64,000 nt of DNA, from contig JBHGNT010000001.1 in assembly GCA_043228905.1 (NCBI GenBank), positions 35,650,001 to 35,714,000 on the forward strand, given 5' to 3'. The DNA is from Azolla caroliniana (taxonomy: Eukaryota; Plantae; Polypodiophyta). Shown here piece by piece: positions 41,601 through 56,151 of this stretch (positions within the stretch are counted from its first letter, which is position 1; each line of letters begins with the position of its first letter). The notes under the pieces are model-generated. The model was not told the DNA's origin, made no database searches, and saw only the letters and a list, made by a program, of their open reading frames with translations. A program made the position numbers and the translations under genes.

Positions 41601-42049
41601 CGTAGATTCGTATACCTATTATATGTATGTACATACATTGCATAAACATACCTTTTGCGTCATTTACTCAGTACTATTACTAGCTATCTTTATGTATCTA
41701 GCTTGCTTGCTAACATTGATAATGTGGAGTAGGTACATAGACCTCCAGAGTCCGCCCACCCCCCACATATTGGTGGTATACAAATACATAAGTACGTGTT
41801 GCACTACACCAAGTCACTTACAAACCTCGACAACTTCCTCTCATATTTATCAACCCTCGCTAACTAATTGTGGCGATATACATGCATGCCATACCCTTAA
41901 CCCTACCTTTACACTATCCTACTACTATGTTGAATTGTGCTCCCTCTTCTTCCTCCTCCTTTAAATTGTGTGCTTCAATATATTGGACCATTCCAACCGT
42001 CATACCCTTCAATTTTGCTCTTCTTTATTCTCAAATAATGCAGCAAAGA

Positions 42050-45000
42050 ATAGCCTCCTTGTCATGACAACACTTACAATGATGATTTTAAATTAGGAGA
42101 AACCCCACACGGGAATATCTATACAGTGATTACCACGTGTCCTTACATATGTTAAGCTTTTGTTATTCTACTTGAAGTTCTCTACTTGATGGGTCCCCTT
42201 TCTACTACCTCCAATGTACCTATATCTCTATGCATATGATCTTCACCCTTCCCATTCATGCAACTTATGATATGATCGCGTGAAGATGTATTGCAAAGTT
42301 TAGCTGCAAGCTCGCAAAAACTAAGATGATGTCTTTCTTTTCATACGCCAAACCCCCTTCCCTTTGTTCAAGATAGTGTTAGCAACAAATACATTCAAGA
42401 TATGTCTACCCCACACCTTAATAACATTCCGACATCTATAGGATTGAAAGAATTGCCTCCAAAACAATCATAATGTTGTTAAATAGACAAAGGAAAGTAT
42501 GCTAATAGCTACTTCTGAAACCTGATCAGTAGTTGTAGCCAACCAAGTTCCATACTTGTGATTAATTTGATAGCTACAAATGTAGAGTTCATTTTGCAAA
42601 ATTCACTTTCTATAAGAATGGACACTTTCTATTGCTTTGAATCTTGACTCTACGGAAACATTCACAATTGACTTACCATTATCGTCCTCTAAAGTTTGTT
42701 AGTAGTCAAGGTATTTGTCAAAGGTGCCCCATATGCTACATAAGTGTTCACAATATACAACCTAAATTTGGATTTCTTATGTGCATCTATATTGGGCCTA
42801 ATAGTGTCCTCATAACATCATGCTTCATGTATGATTAATTATGTAAATTATGGATGATAAATTATATGTTTTTTCAGTTCCTATCCAAAGGTAGGCTTTG
42901 TCATGGATGGGGTATGCACCAACTTTATAAGGGGGCATTGCTTTATAATCGTGGATCGTTGTATTTATTGCCATATCGCGCTTGAAATGCCAACAATACG
43001 TTTTCACTCCTTGTGTTATGGGAAAACTAATGACGTCGATGTTGTAAAGTCATTATTTAGGACTAGTGTAGATTATTATTATATCGAATGTAGCACAATA
43101 GTTGCTCTAGCTTTGAATCCAATACTTTAAAGTTCATGTTTTTGCATCTAAGATTCAACAAAATAAGATAACATCCTCAACTTATAAGCAATTCAATAGT
43201 GGGACATGGAAAGCCTCTTATATGATGTGTAAAAGCAATACTTTCACATTATGCTTTCATAGGTAATGTCTTGTTATTAATTAACCAATATCATCACGAT
43301 ACCAATGGATATCTACAAGATATGTAAATTATGTTATATCAATGTGTGTGTATACAAATATAATACACATATACAAATGTAGAGCTTACTTATGCGGTCT
43401 ACCGTATTGAAGTAAGATAATTATTAAATAAATCAAAATGCTTGCATTATGGAGATGAATAGGCATGAGAAACTTTTACTCATAATCTACAATATGTTCT
43501 TTGTCTCAATGACTTTTTTCCTTCATGTCCGCATCACCACTAGGTTAAGCATTAAATGGAGATTTGATTTTTCAATGTCCACCAAACCCTCCTAAGTTTT
43601 GGTGACATTTTGTCTTGTACAAGAGAATCTACACATGAATTTGGGAGGTATGTATGATGTCTCGATAACTTTTTGGCACTCATTCACATGGATCCCTACA
43701 TTTTGATTTTGTACAACCTTTTCATACAAGTGTAACAGCTATCATGTTTCGCCTTTCCCATCAAGACTACAATCATGTGGTTTTGGCTATGATGAGAAAT
43801 GTGTGAAAGATGCACAATTCCCTATTCCCTTTTCCCACATCAACTAAATCCAAGCTTATAATCGTGGGTGAAAATTGGTCTATAACCAATTGAAATCCCC
43901 TTCCCCCCATGTATGATTGGAGTTAGGATCTTTAAAATCTAGTCGGTTGTATAGGATAGCATAATATTTTTGTCAGCTTCTCCAAGTTCAACTAAAAATA
44001 TAATAACTTATGTCCACTTTGAAGTGCTGAAGTTATCAAATACTAAAATATTACTCTGCTAGCATCTCCTATAGATGATTAGCACATGTTGCCTCTTGAA
44101 AGATTGAAACTGAGCAAGAACCTTAAAATCTAACATTTTGAAGGTTCAGAATCCTCCTTGCGATTGAGATTTAAGTGGTGAGATTTCACATACAAGGACT
44201 GTGTCCATGTAAAGTTTCTCGTATCATTTGCTTCAATACACCATCAAATGTTGGAAGGTAAATTTAGATTTGAATTTGTAAAAAAAAGTTTCTCTTTTTT
44301 TCATCTTTCTCTATAGTATGTCTAGAAAGTTGAACCAAACTTTTTCTCCACAAATCTATGTTAAGCTTTTCATACATATTGAGGCCAGGTCTATTTGATC
44401 ATTTTCATACATAACAATCTTTGGCTATAATGAATACAAGTTAGGTAGGTGTTCATTATGAGTTTTACATGATTGCTAGGTCTATAAGCACAAATATAAT
44501 TCAACTTTTTAATTCCTTTGGTGTAATCATACACACCAACTCCGAATCACAACCTTTATTCAAGACAAAGATTGATTTAGGTTGGGTTTGAGTTGTATAT
44601 GGAATATTTAAATGGTTTTTCACAAAGGTACAAACAAATTAGGTAAGTTGTTCGACAAGTTCAAATTCTACATGGTTTCACCATCTCTTCTAGCTAGTGC
44701 AATAGAACTCCCTTACATAGAACTATAGTGGGCAAAATTTCTTCTTCTCATTAGCTAGATTGAATGTTTACCCTAGTTAATGGGTGTATTAGTTTGAAAG
44801 AAATGAAAATTTTGTCATCGGAATATTCTAGTCTTGACTCCTCTTCATTTATTGTGATACCAAATAATGAGAGTTGAATTCATAACCTTGGGATTAGTGA
44901 GATGGAGTTGGAATCCAAGTAAATATCTCATAGCTTGAAACGTAATTAGGAAGTCTAAGAACTTTACCCTTTTTAATACAATGATGTAGATTTGTCGTTG

Positions 45001-45400
45001 AAATATTTATAGAATAAAAGTTCTTGTCTGTTGCCTAATAATTGTCATTGTCAATTGGTTCTAATGTGGGCCACAAAAAGTTAACATAGGCATCTCCACA
45101 ACATTTGTACATCTTAAAGTGGTTACACTAGCTATTTTCTTTGATGATCCAAAATCACACCAAAAAGTGGTTTGAGCATGTGAGGTTCGTGGTCACAAAC
45201 CAATAGGCTTCCTCCTAGACAACTTTGAAAGAAACTGTCTCCCAATTCAATACATGCCCACAAAGGAAGGAAGTGTACATCATCATCACATGTGCTACTT
45301 GCATAGCTTGGGATGCCTAATAGTCGTTCTTCCTCAACTTCCATGTTATTTTCCTTATCCTTTGACGAGACATTTAAAACTTAAAAACATGCAACACTTT
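42050..45400 (-). mobile_element. Heavily decayed LINE-like sequence (ORF1/endonuclease/RT traces)
   Basis: Minus-strand traces in the expected order: a possible zinc-knuckle remnant near 45050-45100, an endonuclease-like WGEGDFN near 43890-43912, and RT-like QxGFR and DDxxL segments near 42520 and 42330. Many stops and frameshifts; may be more than one element. Confidence 0.35.
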
Positions 45401-47809
45401 CCACATATGCATTTTTAATGCTCAATTTAGAAGCAAAAATTGTTTTCCAAAGTGTCACTCCTTGATTGTCTTTTTAAGTTCTCGTCGTTATGGATCCAAC
45501 AATAATAATCATATCCCAAAGATGAACGTGTGCACATATGAGCCATTCATCAGCAATTTAAAAAGTGATCGTGACCATTTGAATATTGGGTCATGTTTCT
45601 TTCATGTGTGCCTCAATTAGACCTAGTATGTATTTAAATATTGTAACTCACAACAAATTTATAGAACTTTGCCATGTATATATTGTGCACTCACTACAGT
45701 ATGTGCATGTTTGAATCCACGTGACAAAAGTGTAGCATAGGCACATTATCAGTAGTTGTTGGGCCCCAAACATTTGATATGATCCAATTTAATATATCAA
45801 TGATACTCTCTACATTCTAAAAACATATTCATCCACGATAAGAACTCGTTATCTATCTTTTTAAAAAAGAAAACCAACGTTGAATACTCCATCATCCTAC
45901 TTGAATCATGGCTTGAAAGATTCTTTCTTATATAATCTTACCACTTACGGGGCTAAAAGTATCGATGCCACTTGTATTTAAATAGTGAATGTTGTCAACA
46001 ATAAAATCATGTCACCTTCTATTGCATGGTAATCACTCAAAGAATAAATTTCCATCCTTTTAGAAAACCATTTGGTTTGAATTCTTAATGTTATTATATG
46101 GTTAATTATTCATGTCCATATCTAAAGAAATCAATAAAATAATCCTAGATATAATTGATAAATATCTATATGACTACATTGGTTTTATTAGCACGATCAA
46201 TCCAATCTTTGAAGCATGTATATAGTATGTTCATGCAAACTACATCAACATGTGTCTATTTTTTGATTTGTATGTTTCCTAGGAGAGAAAGTTTCAAAGA
46301 ATGATTTATTTTCAACATAACTATCAAGCATAGACATAAACATTGGATTCTCTTCCAAGTACATATAAGCCTTTATTTGACATCTCCTAAAGGGGGAATA
46401 TATATCAAGCTATAAAATTTTGATCAATTGTCCTATTACGCCTTTGCTTTTATTGACTCTCAATTTTAGTTTTCCTTAACGACCAACTATCCATATTCAA
46501 GAATCCCGCAAAACTTGCAAAGTAGGGAGTAATGGCCTTGTCCTAGGTATGTGGGCACTCCCATTCATATGAAAGGGAATATTCTAACTATGGGGAGCGT
46601 TACAGACCTTGAGGTAAAGACAATCAAATGTGATCAAAATCTGACTTTATGTTGGGTTTGTGTTGCATAAAACATTTTAGGATCATATGCCTCGTTGTTT
46701 GTCAACACAAACTACGTTTTTTTACGAAAATTACCTTGATGCAAATGATAAAAGATAACAATTAGACAAAATTAATGTGTTGTTAACCTTTTCAATTTTG
46801 TAGACTATGTATGCATGAACTATGGAAGGAAAGAAAAAGAGAATAAAAGGACAAGGGAGATACTGTAGAAAATTGAAAAATCGTGTACTTATTGGGAAAT
46901 CTATTCGTTCGTTACAGATCAACCAATACATTTTTGATGGAGATCCATAAAAAACAAAGGTTGAGACAAAGATGTTGACAACCGATGCTAGAAGGAAGAA
47001 CCCTTCATTGTTTATATATAGACCAACATATTAGACATGTCTTTGTATGCCAAGTTCCAACCTCCTTTAACCCCTTGTTGGACCAAAACTTCCTTTGAAA
47101 TCATATTCTAAATATTAATTGACTTTTTGGACCTCTTGTCTAAAACTTGATCATATATCTATTTCTGTAATCAATACACTTATGGCACAATTATACTAAA
47201 GAAAACCAATATTGATAACAATAATATCCAGTAGTATAACCTTAATTCGGATTATAACATCGTTGCCTTGTACATAATAGATTTGGCTGATTATTGTATG
47301 TGCTATACATATATTTTTATATATACTAATACCTTAACTTTCTTCATCTAACCTTACATGTGATGTTTCATACATGCAGATTATTAATATTCCATCCTAC
47401 CTAATGTCTATGACTAGCACACCTGTGACCTATGGGACAACTCTTTTAGAGAGGACAACCTCAATTAGTTCTTTTTCAAATTTTTTTTCTTTATAAAGAT
47501 ACAAACCTTCCAATATGTGTCATTCATCATCGGATCATGTTTATCTGTCTATAAAGCTTCATGATTTTCCATTTCCACTGATTTTCTATCACGTGTCGTG
47601 TAATGAAAGAGTAGCATGGAATACGCTAACCCCACCACTCCTTCTTTGTTGCTGATGTCCTCTAAATATCTCTTTATGCGATTGGACAACCTTTGTTCTC
47701 GACTTCCCTCTATGTTTTCCTTGTCCGAGTTTTCTTTTTGTTCTTTCGGTATTTGAGCACATTTTTCATGTTTATAATCACACTTACAAATAATAGTTTT
47801 ACATGTTTC

Positions 47810-48620
47810 TTTTTTTCCAAAAAAATAGTTCCTTCCATTAGTTATAAAATTTTACAAATGAGACGATTATGTACAAATCCCTGTAGGGACGCGATAGTTC
47901 CATCTTATGTGGATGCCCACTGACTCAAGAAAGGGAGAGGACGACCATTGTTGGATGAAGGCTATTCGTTGTCTTTCAACTCCATCGGAGCCACCCTTAA
48001 AACCATCATATTGGCTCTTTAGAGGGGCTACAGTTTCACTCCATATCTCTTGGAGTAACCTTGTTGGATGTGCAGTTTGGTTAGAGAAGACTTGCCTACA
48101 TCATTGTTTCCATAGAATCCAAAGAGTTATTGGGCTAACCAATTCCAACACCTCTTGAGATTTGTCATTAAGAGGAGTGGAGTGGACATTGCCGGTGGAG
48201 GAGAAAAAGACCTCTTGTGCTTTTATCACCAAAGTCATCCCCTCCTCCTGATGCTCGTATCTGCCAACTACGGTTTGCCATGATAGCCAACATATATTTC
48301 CCCACTTGATTGAGCCTTGCACCTGGCATAATTGCAACAAGCGGCCAACCCCCCACCATATTCGATGGGACGTTGGGTAGTCCCACACAACGTGTTGTAT
48401 TGATTCTACTGCATGTGGGCACTCTACACAATTAGGAGAGCTAAGGTTTCCACATTGCCATGCTCCCACCGGTAGGGACTTATGTATTAATAGCCATTGG
48501 AACATGGTAATTCACCTCGCGTGTTGTTGTTTCTAGATTTTCTGCCAAAACTTGGTGATTATTGTGGGAGGAACTTGAAATGTGTGCCAGACCTTCGCAG
48601 CTGTCGGCTCTCGGGTGGTT
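47810..48620 (-). mobile_element. L1-like LINE 3' fragment (zf-RVT region)
   Basis: ORF 48101-48505 reads FQWLLIHKSLPVGAW...CVECPHAVESIQHVVWDYPTSHRIW...TLWILWKQ, which matches the C-terminal zinc-binding segment of plant non-LTR reverse transcriptases. An A-rich tail follows near 47810. Boundaries are approximate. Confidence 0.75.
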
Positions 48621-48849
48621 TGAGTAGCTATTTATATGTTTCTTCATATTTCACCTTATGTTCTTCACCTAATTCAAAGAACCATATCTCCTTTCCTATT
48701 TTATCTAGACTTCATTGTCTATGCTTTGCCAACATGAGCATGACATTGACGAGTGGAAATGATGTGATGAGAGATAGATAGTTATCTTTAAGTATGTCTT
48801 ATATTTCAAAATCTACATGATGCAACTTCAATACCTAGCTTGTGTGATC

Positions 48850-49450
48850 AACTGCAAGGGAGCATGAGGACTTTACAAAGTTAATACTCATCTTGGTGAA
48901 GAGATAAGGTTGAACATGATAATCAATATGCATTCTTGCCGTACATTGAACCTAGCATTTAGGGCTGATGTTTCCAATGTAATATTCTAATGTTATGCGT
49001 TTAAACATATTCTTTAGTGGTCCTATTTACCTTTCCTCAATGCATATTGCATAACATCATTTGAAAGCTCTCAAAGATCTTCCACGCCCCATCTTTTGAA
49101 CCATATTTTTGTGAAAATTACCTAGCTAGATGAGAGAACTTTGCCCTTGTGATTCTTTGTGGCTTATGTCCAAAATATGGTATACTCTTTGGAATTCCAA
49201 GATCTCTATGGGTAGAACAATTGTTTCCAATCTTATTCCATGCATTAAGAGGGATCATGTCACCCCATACTTCTGGTCTATAATGCAAGACTTGAGTTAC
49301 CATGGCAATAAATAACATTAGTTTCACTTCCCATCCACAATCAAAATCACTTTAGTTTCATTGATTCAAGTGTATACTCAAAGGATACATTCCATTTATT
49401 TGTGGCAGGTACATCAATACCAAAATACTTACTGAAAGCTTTGAAAAATT
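48850..49450 (-). mobile_element. Degenerate non-LTR (LINE) RT C-terminal fragment
   Basis: Minus-strand peptides KYFGIDV (KYLG-like) and KLMLFIAMVTQVLHYRPEVWG (cf. KLFxALVxPVLLYGCEVWG of LINE RTs), interrupted by stops. Confidence 0.55.
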
Positions 49451-49454
49451 GTAC

Positions 49455-49552
49455 ATGTTCTTCCTTATATGTAAACATATGATATTAGTGAGGCTGGGAA
49501 AAATTGTCCATGTTCTCACTTATATGTAAACATATGGTATTAGTGAGGCTGG
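49455..49552. repeat. Short tandem duplication (43 bp, period 55)
   Basis: ATGTTCT..CTTATATGTAAACATATG.TATTAGTGAGGCTGG occurs twice. Confidence 0.85.
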
Positions 49553-50588
49553 ATGGTCTGCACTACCAATATTCATGGTTAGTTCACCAATTTGGCAAAA
49601 TGCTTCTAACTCTCCAAGTAAATGTTGTATACTTCATCAACATGGACATCAATGCATTGCCTTGAGGAAAGAATATAGAGAGAGAGCTTGCAGAATGTAG
49701 GAAGGGATCTTGTGTCCCCATAATATTAAAAGGGCCAAAACCAAACCTTGTATGTAATAGACGCGTAAAAGCAGCTTTTTGGCTTTTCAATTTCATTTCC
49801 TCTTTTGTGGGAGTGGGCTATACAACTTAAACCTTCATAATCTCTTTCCATCCCTCTTCATCGTATTTATATCAATGTTCTTTGAACTATCTAATCTAGT
49901 GCGGATTAACTTAAGTAAATGAAGTATGCTGCTACACTTGGTTCATTATGTGAAGTGAATCCACAATTCAGTAATCGAATCCATTTGGTCCAATATATGA
50001 GGACATTGATACATATGGGGTAAAGTTTGTGAGTAATTGTTAAGGCCAATAGACACATAAATTTTTATTTTTGGGGAATTGGATTACCTGAAAGACTGAA
50101 TTATGGACATAACACCAATGGTTCAAGATAGATGGTGGTTTGGGTGAAAGAGTTAGGATCATTAACAATGTCATTATCATTATTGTGCTCAGACACCCAA
50201 ATGTCGTTAGATTTTCATTTAAAACCAGCAGTAATATGTAGATGAAATGTTACAATTGCTTGCCAAATGTTTAAAAGGTGTTATAAATTATTCAGGTGTA
50301 CAAACCAATCACGTGCAGGATTAGATTCAGCTCTAGGATTTCAGCATTTTGGGTTATGGTGTGTGCAAGAAGACTAATCAGATGGGTATGGCATTGTTTG
50401 CTTAGTTCTGCTTTGATTACATGCTCCATTCTTTATCAAAACATGTAATTTAATCTCTCCGACAAGAAAGAATCAGTTGCTACGAAAACAAAATCACAAG
50501 AAAAAGAATTGTGTACTGGATTAGGTAGGTATTCTATTGTTCTCAATGGGGTTTTAAGGTTATTCATTATTTCATATATGAAGCCGAG

Positions 50589-50856
50589 CTACTCAAGTAA
50601 TTTGAGGAGCAAGGATTGCAGATCTGGGGTGTCTGGGGGTTTTGTCTTGGTGAGATGGCGCTCAACTGTGAGGAGCTCGTGGTGGCTCATGTTAACTCCT
50701 GCCTTCTGCAACAGAGAGAAGATCTGGGATGTAGATGAAACGGTTGCTTTCCTGATAGAGACACCATACCATCATTACAAAGAAGACTAAGGTAAATTAA
50801 GAACTAGACTGCATATAATAGAAACTTTTCTATATGTATATGTCTATGGATATGGA

Positions 50857-50888
<32 letters not shown>

Positions 50889-52061
50889 CTTACGAACTAG
50901 AATATGCAGATGCTACTTGGCTTTTCAAATCTCGGCTCCGGCTTGATGATTGTGGGAGATTTTGTAGCTCCCTTTTGAGCTACACAATCCAAACAAGATA
51001 ATTAAAACTCAATAATGTTTAAAGGATATTACCTACACATTCATAATTTATAGACATCTTGTAATGTAGCGGGAAATTGTATGCTTGAATACAAATTTAC
51101 TTGTGATGGGCCTAATGTTGCTTCATAAAGCATTCACGTTTCTAGTTTGGACTTGTCGATACACTTCCCTCCTCAGAAAAATGGTTCTATAAATTCCCTT
51201 TCTATAGTCCGTGCTCATGCATAGATTTTTTTCCCTTAAAAGAAGAATAGGTTTCAAATTCATTTTCCATAACTCAAGATGACTTTTACTTTGACATCAT
51301 GTGCATTGATACTTTCTTCTTGACAAACTTGGTGTCTAAACTCAATTCCCACAATCGAAGGATTGACACAATACAAATAGGTGTGAAGAAGTGATGATAT
51401 GCAGATAAGCTTTTCTTTACCATCATCGTAAGATTAACATTATATAATATAATCAATTGAGAAACAAGCTTTTACCTTGGCCAAGACTTTATCATAGTCA
51501 CTCATAGGGAAATGCTCCTTGTTTTCCTCCATCCAATTCATGGTCCACTCATCAGCTCGGAGAAGCTCAAAGGTCCGGTCATGGATGATAATTCTAGCCC
51601 CGACAAACATGTCAGTGGCTCTATAAGGGCTATTCTTCACATTTGGATTCTTTGGAGCTGGCTCACGAGACAAGTATTTTCCGCCTTGGATGCCAGAATT
51701 GCGGCTCGGAGGTTCATAGATGGAAATGGTATCATCCGCAAGGTAGTACTATTAAATTACTATACATTAGATGTGGTTTAAGATACAACTTGAAAATGGA
51801 ATGCAACACAAACAAATAAAAAACATTAATTTTCAACAATAAGAAGAGCATTATGATACATGCCTGAAACACAAAGAGTCGGCCAACGTCTTGAGGTGCA
51901 ACTTTGTGGAACTCGTCTTCTCCGTATCGCGCAGAAAAACATAAAACCTGCTTCCCTCAGGTGAGTTAAAAATGTTTTCTTGAGTTTATATCCATGATGC
52001 TAATGTGTGGCATTCTGGGCATATATGTATATATGGCATTATATGTATGTATGCATGCATA

Positions 52062-52096
<35 letters not shown>

Positions 52097-54436
52097 TTGG
52101 ATTTTCGATGGAATGGTCGGAGAAATAACCTTGCCATCCATGCCTAGTATCTTGTTAAAGTCCTTGTAAGGTGCTTTGGGTATGAGTGAGATGCAATTCT
52201 GCAAGCTATCCTCCTCACTTCCAAATCCATTATGAGGAGGTAATTCCATCCTTGCAAGAGTCGGTGCTGGTTCCTACATCGCATTCAAGCACAACCCAAT
52301 AATTATCTTCTTCAAACTCATGATGCGGGTATTACCAATCTTCTTCTCAAACACTGATATATACCAAAATCGTTTAAATACGAACATCCTATGAGAAAGA
52401 AAGTAGTTACCTGCACATCCACACATTCTAGCATGTCTTCTGTCATCTTATACTTGGTCATATAATAGTTTTTGGTGAACTCATCACAGTCATGGAGAAG
52501 CAAATCACGGTTGTACACTCGAACATAACTCCCTACATGCAGATCGGTCTCATTGTAATGTGCCGATTTGGGGAGTGCATCAGAGCCGATGTTTTTTCCT
52601 GAATTAAGTGTCAACATCATTTGTTGATAACCCGTATTTAAGTAGTATTAATCCACCGTGAAAGACATAAAAACAAATAAAAGTGTATAATCATAACTTT
52701 GATAATAATAATAATAATAATAATAAGGAAGCAAGAGCAAAGTCTACCTAGGAGATCTGACGGAATTTCACGAGGAAGATGGCATCGCCTCAAAAGCATT
52801 GGGAAACTATGTCTTCCGGAATTACGCTCATTTATTTCTAAGATCTCTATGGTGTCATCTGCTAGAAAGTAATGTAAAACCTGGGGTGGACAACATTTCA
52901 ATATGGATGATTAGGACATATGTTTGATTTCTATGTGCATGGAAATTTTTGATAAAGGGGTTTACATATGGGCGCCTATCACCGTAGACAGAGTCCCGAT
53001 CATCCCATACGGCAAAGAAACGGAGCACCTTCCCATCGTTCTCTAGGAATTGCTTTGTAGCAAACTCCTTGGGATGCTTTACAGGGTGTTTTTTGAGGCT
53101 TTCTTTATATGTGGACAAAGGTTCTCCTGGAAAGTCTTCTTCACGCCCCAAGTTGAACCTGTGCTTCAACAGATATCTCTGACAAACACATAAATATTAT
53201 GAGCAAACCTCATAAACATCAATTCTATGGTCTATGAATGTCAAAATATATTATCTTTTTCTTACCTTGGTGAATGTGTCACATGTGCAAATCCTGAAAG
53301 TTCTATCATAAATCGTGATGTCTGAACCTAGAACGAAGTCAGGAATTGAGATATATCCTCCACCAGGTTTGGGTACTTTGAGGCGTTTCAGGAATGTGCC
53401 CTGGCATTTGAATTCCAGGGAGAAACCTTAGATAAAAACTAGACAATCAATCATGCATGCTGAAGGAATTTTGGCTAGTTTAATACATATCTTGATTTCT
53501 TTTCAAACTATTAAGCAGTTCACCTGCATGATTCCGCTATTAGCTTGTCTCGGCTCCTATGTGCCATAACAAGTGGTCAGATGTCAATATAAATGTCATA
53601 TATATACAATTAGGATGGACAATATAGTGACCACTTCCATTGATTCCAAGATTAATTAAGATGTGATACACTACCGAAATGTGAAGGGTTCCATCTTCGA
53701 GGTAGAAGTAAATGGTGCATTTGCGAACTCTGAAATTCTCATCTCGCCGTTCATCAACCGGTTCTTTGAAGTAGCAAAAGAAACGGAGCACCTTCACAAT
53801 ATAGCAAGATGCTGATGGTGTCAGCAGAAAAGAAAATATACAAGTGAATGCAAGAGTTTATGGTTAACATATACAACATACATACTGCCCCATTGTGCTG
53901 TAAATGTATGTATTATGACATATTGGGGTTAGCTTGTGAAAGCTCATAAGAAAGGTTCAAGAGAAAAATTGTGGGGATGCTAGATCGCCCACATGTTAAA
54001 TTAACAAATCGCACATGAGCATTTCTTTTTCTTTTATTTTTTTTGTCATGCATATGTGTACCTGGCGGTCATATTTGAGCCATTTGGGAGCAGGAGGGGC
54101 GTCGAAGTTCTGATGGTGGTGTTCATTGGAGCCGGCATGGGAGGTGTCGGCATGGGTGTAGTCTTTGAGGCTGTCGGCGAGTTCGACACGGTGTTTCCTG
54201 TGAGCCTCGGGGTCTCGGACTTGTGGGTATCCATCAGAGAAGTTGAGATTCTGCGATTTCCGGCGAGGGGGTTCCTGATAAACATGAATCAGGACGAGTG
54301 TTAGTGAGAATCAACATATTAACAATATGAAAAGAAAAACGGAGGGGGGGGAGACAAAGACAGAGACAGAGACAGAGAGAGAACTAACAGGAGGATGGCA
54401 GAAGGAGAAGGCGGGAAGGTCTCCTGGGCCTGCCAT
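50589..54436 (-). CDS. EFHC1: EFHC1/Rib72-like axonemal protein with three DM10 domains
   Basis: Exons on the minus strand: 54389-54436, 54062-54274, 53675-53791, 53524-53556, 53266-53400, 52966-53178, 52748-52880, 52411-52598, 52130-52273, 51864-51947, 51476-51748, 50894-50979, 50589-50751. Motifs include [82 protein letters not shown] and [26 protein letters not shown]. Confidence 0.92.
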
Positions 54437-56151
54437 AACTTATTCTTCTTCTTCTTCTTCTTCTTCTTCTGGTGCTTTTGTTGGTGACACAGAGCTCTGC
54501 ACAGAGGAAATCAGGGAAAGTGGAGGGGGGAGACAATGGCAGTTATTCGTTTCTCGCGGCATCATCAAAAATGAAATAAAATCCGAAAAGCATTTCTTAT
54601 TTCTCTTATTTTTATCTTTTATCGAGTCTCCTAAAATCATTCTCTCCTTTCCTTGTTCACGTCAACACCACCATGGTTTGCACTTTGCACTGTTTTGGTC
54701 TTTGGTCTCTACAATATGTACATAACTAGATTTTCTATGTTATGTGGGTCACATCAACAACACCATACCATGTTCATGACCATTATGTCGACCTTTTTGA
54801 GGTACTATTCGTCCAAGTTGTAAGATTCCTCTTTTTAACCTCTCTCCTCGTATTCTTCCCTTTTGAAGCTTTGTTGAGCACCTTTAGATGCATAGACCAT
54901 GTTTGCTTTGACTGTTATTGAATACATTATTAGGATGTTACGACGTGACAAACATTGATTTGCAAGAATTCGTTTACTATATAGGAATGGACGATGTAGT
55001 GAGACAACCTAATGATGACACCATGGGGGATGCTCCTTCCAACACCCTTATGATTTCTCTATATACACCTCTAAAAAGGGTAGAGTCCCTCAACCAAATT
55101 GCCTAAAGTACTAAGAAGGCCTATTGAAAGAGGCTTAGCTCTATCGCTATCTATTCTCTACAATTGTAGACCACAATGTCAACACCGCCCACGGGAATTC
55201 GATGGAGTACCATTATACCTATCTTAAAGTAGTATTTTAATGAAACCATTTTGTCCATAATTCATTGGAGTTTGTTGAGCCGGGATGGATAGAGGGGTAG
55301 AAAGCTTGTGTTCTTCTTTACTATTTTACAACAAACTATAGATATATTGGGTGGAGGTTGATCGAAAGACTTTAAAACATGTGATCCCTTTAAGGAACTT
55401 TTCAAACAAGGTTCTCTCTACATTAACATCTAAATTGCAAGAAACTATTGCTTCATACATTTATTCCTTGAGTTGAAGAAAATATTGAATATCAGCAATT
55501 GCAATTACTTATCTACCATCAAAGATTTGGTCGCAAGAAACTAAAATTGAATGTTCTGAATTCTAATAACATGACAATGTAACAACCATTCACTACCTCA
55601 TGGGACAATACATTAACACGTCTAATTTGAGGATTGTCATTACTTTGACTTCAAAAATAGAATATCCACATAAGGCCCATGATTAAACCACGTTGAGATA
55701 GTATGCGGTTATGTATACTTTCATCAATTGCATAATATGATAAACAAGAATGGAAATTGCCCACCCGTTCCCAATTGGAAGGCTACCTAATATCACTTCC
55801 AACCTTTTTTGGGTTCAACGATTATGCTTTCCTCCCAAGAGTTGTTGGTCCATGAGAATGATATGAACTTTGATATGAATTAAAGAAGATTGTACAAGTG
55901 GATTGGACTAATTCAGAGAATATGTAAACGATCTTTTCGGTTTAAATGTTGTTACTCTTATAAAACATATAACCACTTATTGCTTAGGCCTTACTGGGTT
56001 TTGAAATATATACATATTCATTTCTTGAAAATTGCTTTTACATTTGTCTCTACATCTGAATTGTTCATTAAAGTACTTTAAACTCTAGATGTGTTACAGT
56101 AGCATCGCTGGTTCTTATTACAACAAATTCTTTCATAACATTTTCTCATCT

